A model generated the notes under the pieces. It made no database searches. It saw only the letters and a program-made list of their open reading frames with translations, and was not told the origin of the DNA. Position numbers and translations under genes: made by a program. Shown one piece after another: positions 20,831 to 24,307 of a stretch of DNA of 24,307 nt. This stretch comes from Octopus sinensis (lineage: Eukaryota). Within the stretch, counting starts at the first letter, position 1, and each line of letters begins with the position of its first letter. The stretch spans positions 1-24,307 of the forward strand of contig NW_021836443.1 in NCBI RefSeq assembly GCF_006345805.1. The letters are read 5' to 3'.

Positions 20831-20850
20831 CTATCGATCTATCTATCTAT
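20252..20850. repeat. ~600-bp (TCTA)n array with repeated variant units
   Basis: Direct reading. The variant block tttccatcta...ccatctgtctatatcta...taaatatcatc occurs twice (~20291 and ~20471). Confidence 0.95.
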
Positions 20851-20860
20851 ACACTTATAT

Positions 20861-21450
20861 ACACCAACAGTAAACAACATGAAGTACGAATATAAAGGAG
20901 TTAAATACGCAAACAACGAGAGAAAACAGACAAATAACATAAAGAACGACCCTTTTCTGTTGTCGGCTGTCTATCTACTCTTCATTTCGAGCTTTCAACG
21001 AAAATATGAGTCACCGAAGATATTTGTTCCCATAAATACCAAAATAAAGTTGGGTACAGAAACAGAACAGTGGAGACATACAATCAAAGCGAACAAAAAC
21101 AAACATGGAGGGTTGTTAGACCAGAACGAGAGGAAAATAGTGAATGCTGGGAGAAATGTTTTCTTTGAAAGAAAAAAGATGGAAGAGAGAGATAGAAAAC
21201 GTCCAGAGATAGAAAAACATCGTGGAAGAAAACAAAGATGATAACGTGGGGAAAAGAAAGATGGACGATCGTTACGTGTGAGCAACGAGACATAAAAAGA
21301 GAAAGAAGGGAGAGAGAGACAGAGACAGATAGAAAACAGTGAAGGGAAGAAAAAGGGAATTAGAGAAGGGTGGGGGGAACAGTATAGGGTAGAGTCGCAT
21401 CAAAAAAGTTAAGATAAACTTACTTGGGAATGGACGCGTGGCGTTCAATT
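20861..21450 (-). mobile_element. Family P repeat, inverted copy of 3212-3800
   Basis: gttgtcggctgtctatctactcttcatttcgagc and gaaagatggacgatcgttacgtgtgagcaacgaga match the reverse complement of the 3212-3800 copy. Confidence 0.7.
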
Positions 21451-21494
21451 AAATAATAATATAAATAATATATATATATGTATGTGTATGGATG

Positions 21495-21834
21495 TATATG
21501 CATATATGGGTACAGGACGTTACCAACATTAAAGAACATGAAGTACGATAACATTAGTTAAATACGCAAACAACGAGAGAAAAATGGAAAACAGGACTAG
21601 TAACACAAAGCACGACCTTTCATCAGCTGTCGGCTGTCTATCTACACCTCATTTTGAGCATTCAGCCACAATATGAGTCTTCGAAGACAGTTGATCCCAT
21701 AAATTTATGGGAGCAACTGTCGTTCTTTGTGTTACTTGTCCTGTTTTCCATTTCTCTCTCTCGTTATCTGCATATGTAACTCATTTGTTTTCGTACTTCA
21801 TGTTGTTTACTGCTGGTGACGTCCTGTACCCATA

Positions 21835-21845
<11 letters not shown>
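21495..21845. mobile_element. Fold-back (inverted) dimer of family P repeat
   Basis: Arms 21495-21616 and 21719-21845 are inverted. Central palindrome gacagttgatcccataaa|tttatgggagcaactgtc is centred at 21703/21704. Confidence 0.85.
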
Positions 21846-21884
<39 letters not shown>

Positions 21885-21970
21885 GCATATACATATTATA
21901 CTTACTATATATGCTTATATATACATATATAAATATATATATACTTAAATATATATATATTATATATATA

Positions 21971-22019
<49 letters not shown>

Positions 22020-22200
22020 TTACATATATATATATATGCTTCCATATATATGTGTATATATATATATATATATATACTTACGTATATGTATATAGGTATA
22101 TACACATGCTAATGTATGTATATTTATTATATATATATATATATATATAATATATATATATATACGTGTGTGTGCCTGTGTGTGTGTGTGTGTGGTGTAT
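21841..22200. repeat. Long imperfect (TA)n then (TG)n
   Basis: Direct reading. Confidence 0.95.
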
Positions 22201-22628
22201 GGATGTATGTAACCGTATGTGCGTAACTGTGTGCTTGTCTGTACTTGAAAAAATACAACCACACATTTCACAAAAGGAAACCCAAACAGCGGACACAGAA
22301 CAACACACGAACACAAACATACACACACACACAAACAAATCATAAATAAACCAGTACGAAAAACCAAAAAATATAGAGCAATTCATAACCAAAGACCAAA
22401 ATGTCTGCCACTAACCATTTATTTCTCGTGTCTTGTTCCGTTTGATATTGGGTGGGCGGGGGCGATAAAATGTGGGGGCCGGAAACAAACAACAATGACA
22501 AATACAACATGGCTGAAGGTAGATATTTTAACGATGCTGACAACAGGTAGTGGAAGTGCTATCTCATTTGTAATGGATATTAGCTGTATACGAGTGTGTG
22601 TCCGGTATGTGTGTTTTTGTGTTAATGC

Positions 22629-22702
<74 letters not shown>

Positions 22703-22860
22703 AGAGCTGGACGAAAGTCCATTAATCCGTTAATCTTAATTAACGAATTAATTAACATTTTCTTTAAAGATTTGACTTTTAAGTTAACTTTGAAAGTCAT
22801 AATCGGACTAATTAACTTCCGTTACATTTAGCTTCCGTTAACTCAAGTCCATTAACCCCA
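22703..22860 (+). mobile_element. Possible hAT-like transposon end with dense TTAAC/CGTTA subterminal repeats
   Basis: AGAGCTGGAC start followed by many attaac/ccgtta motifs; aagtccattaa occurs twice. Partner end not found. Confidence 0.4.
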
Positions 22861-23898
22861 AAATTTCATAAAAACTGGTAAACGTTTAAAAGTTCCTATT
22901 ATCTTCAGATTGTCTTAACATATTTAATATTGTACGCGTTATTCTTTCAGTCCCGATATAACATCACTTATTATTATAAATAACTTGTCGAACCTCGTTT
23001 GGCCCTACCTGGAATTGAAACCAAATCCACCCGCTTGCTGCTTGCAAAGTCAGTGGGAAATATCTTTGTCCTGTCAAGAGAGAACAGTGTTTGATGTGTT
23101 TCCACTTGTCCCGAGACCTCGCTGAGGTGGATGTCAACAGAGAAAATATTGACTTCCATAAAGTGGAAAAAATAGAGGGAAAGAAAAAAGTTGGTAAATA
23201 TTTCGGTGTGAACGTAAATAACTGTTATATGGTAGTAGGGCACGCAAGAAATAGCAGCCAAATCTTTCCTTTTCTGGGAAAAGGAGCCATTTACGCGTGA
23301 TTTCGATGTCACGTTCATTGAAAGTATGCAAAATAATCTGGAAAAGGAAAAAAAGACCCTCGAAACAAAACTCCCTTGGTGGGAAACTTCGAGGTTCCCT
23401 CCACCCCTGCCACTTTTCTTTTATGGAAAAAAGTGGCTTGAGGAGGGTATTATTCGACACAGAGGTACTGAAAGAATAAAATCTTGTACCGATTATACCT
23501 GTATTTTAATTAGTTCAAATTAATGAATCTCATCATGAAGAGTGGCAAAATTGCAGGTGGTTGACATTTGGGATAATTTTAGTAACAAATCAAACAGGTA
23601 AGATGCATTAAGAATTTCTATTTTAGTGCTTATCCATAATGTTTTTGCTTTTACACCTGTTAATTAAATTTACCTGCCCATAAAAGTCAAAGTTACTCAG
23701 CAAGATCAGCTAAAATTACATAACTATAAACCAGTGGTATATAAAGCATCCACTGACAAAATTTCAAATATGTATGCAAAAAAATTACAAAGTTACAAGC
23801 AAATATTGTGGACACCCCTCTTGAACGTCAATAATTTAAAATAACATGAACAAATTTGACAGATTAATACGAGCACCAAAGATGTTTTAGGTGTCTTT

Positions 23899-23934
<36 letters not shown>

Positions 23935-24049
23935 ACACATACGCAACACGGCGTCGTGTGTTACTTTGACATCATCATTCTATAAAATTTGTTTATGGGG
24001 AGAAAAATATTGAAAAATATCTATAGATGTGTGAGTAAGAAAGTACCTC

Positions 24050-24307
24050 GCTCCTCTCCTTTTCCTACTCCTACCTCACCGCCATCTTATTTTTCTTCTT
24101 CTCCTTCTCCTTAATCTTCTTCTCCGCCTTCCCCTCCACTCGTCTCTCTCCCCCTCCCCTTCCCCTTCCTCCCCTTCCTTTTCCCCTCCTACCCTCTTGT
24201 TTGCTCCTCCTACCCCTCACCCCTCTCCTCTCCATCACCCTCCTCCTCCTCCTCTTCTTCTCCCGCTTCTCCCCTTGTCTCCTTTCTCACCTTCCTCTTC
24301 TTCTTCT
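24050..24307. repeat. Polypyrimidine/polypurine low-complexity tract
   Basis: Almost only C/T on the plus strand. Confidence 0.9.

Noticed and set aside
20130-20873. Longest ORF (247 aa, IYLS repeats); similar ORFs at 10508-10897 and 18756-19206
   Set aside because: Translation of (TCTA)n, not a protein.

Overview
AT-rich eukaryotic non-coding DNA (intron or intergenic). Its SINE families and microsatellite load look like those of an octopus/cephalopod genome; this is inferred from repeat recognition, not a database match. I see no intact host gene, and nearly all listed ORFs are translations of (TA)n, (CA)n, (TATG)n or (TCTA)n microsatellites. The window is a mosaic of mobile-element remains: three tRNA-head SINE families, a decayed cecropia/Hsmar1-like mariner (5807-6902), a 5'-truncated Tx1/L1-clade LINE lying inside a (TCTA)n array (19143-20251), RTE LINE tails, non-autonomous Helitrons, a Tigger-like MITE, and two long-TIR fold-back MITEs. 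Best leads: (i) five type-I hammerhead-ribozyme-like motifs, most with palindromic stem III, in putative Penelope-like fragments, one with a very long stem II; (ii) a Tx1 element that may target GATA microsatellites; (iii) a fold-back dimer joined at the element's own hairpin; (iv) modular SINEs that swap tails.
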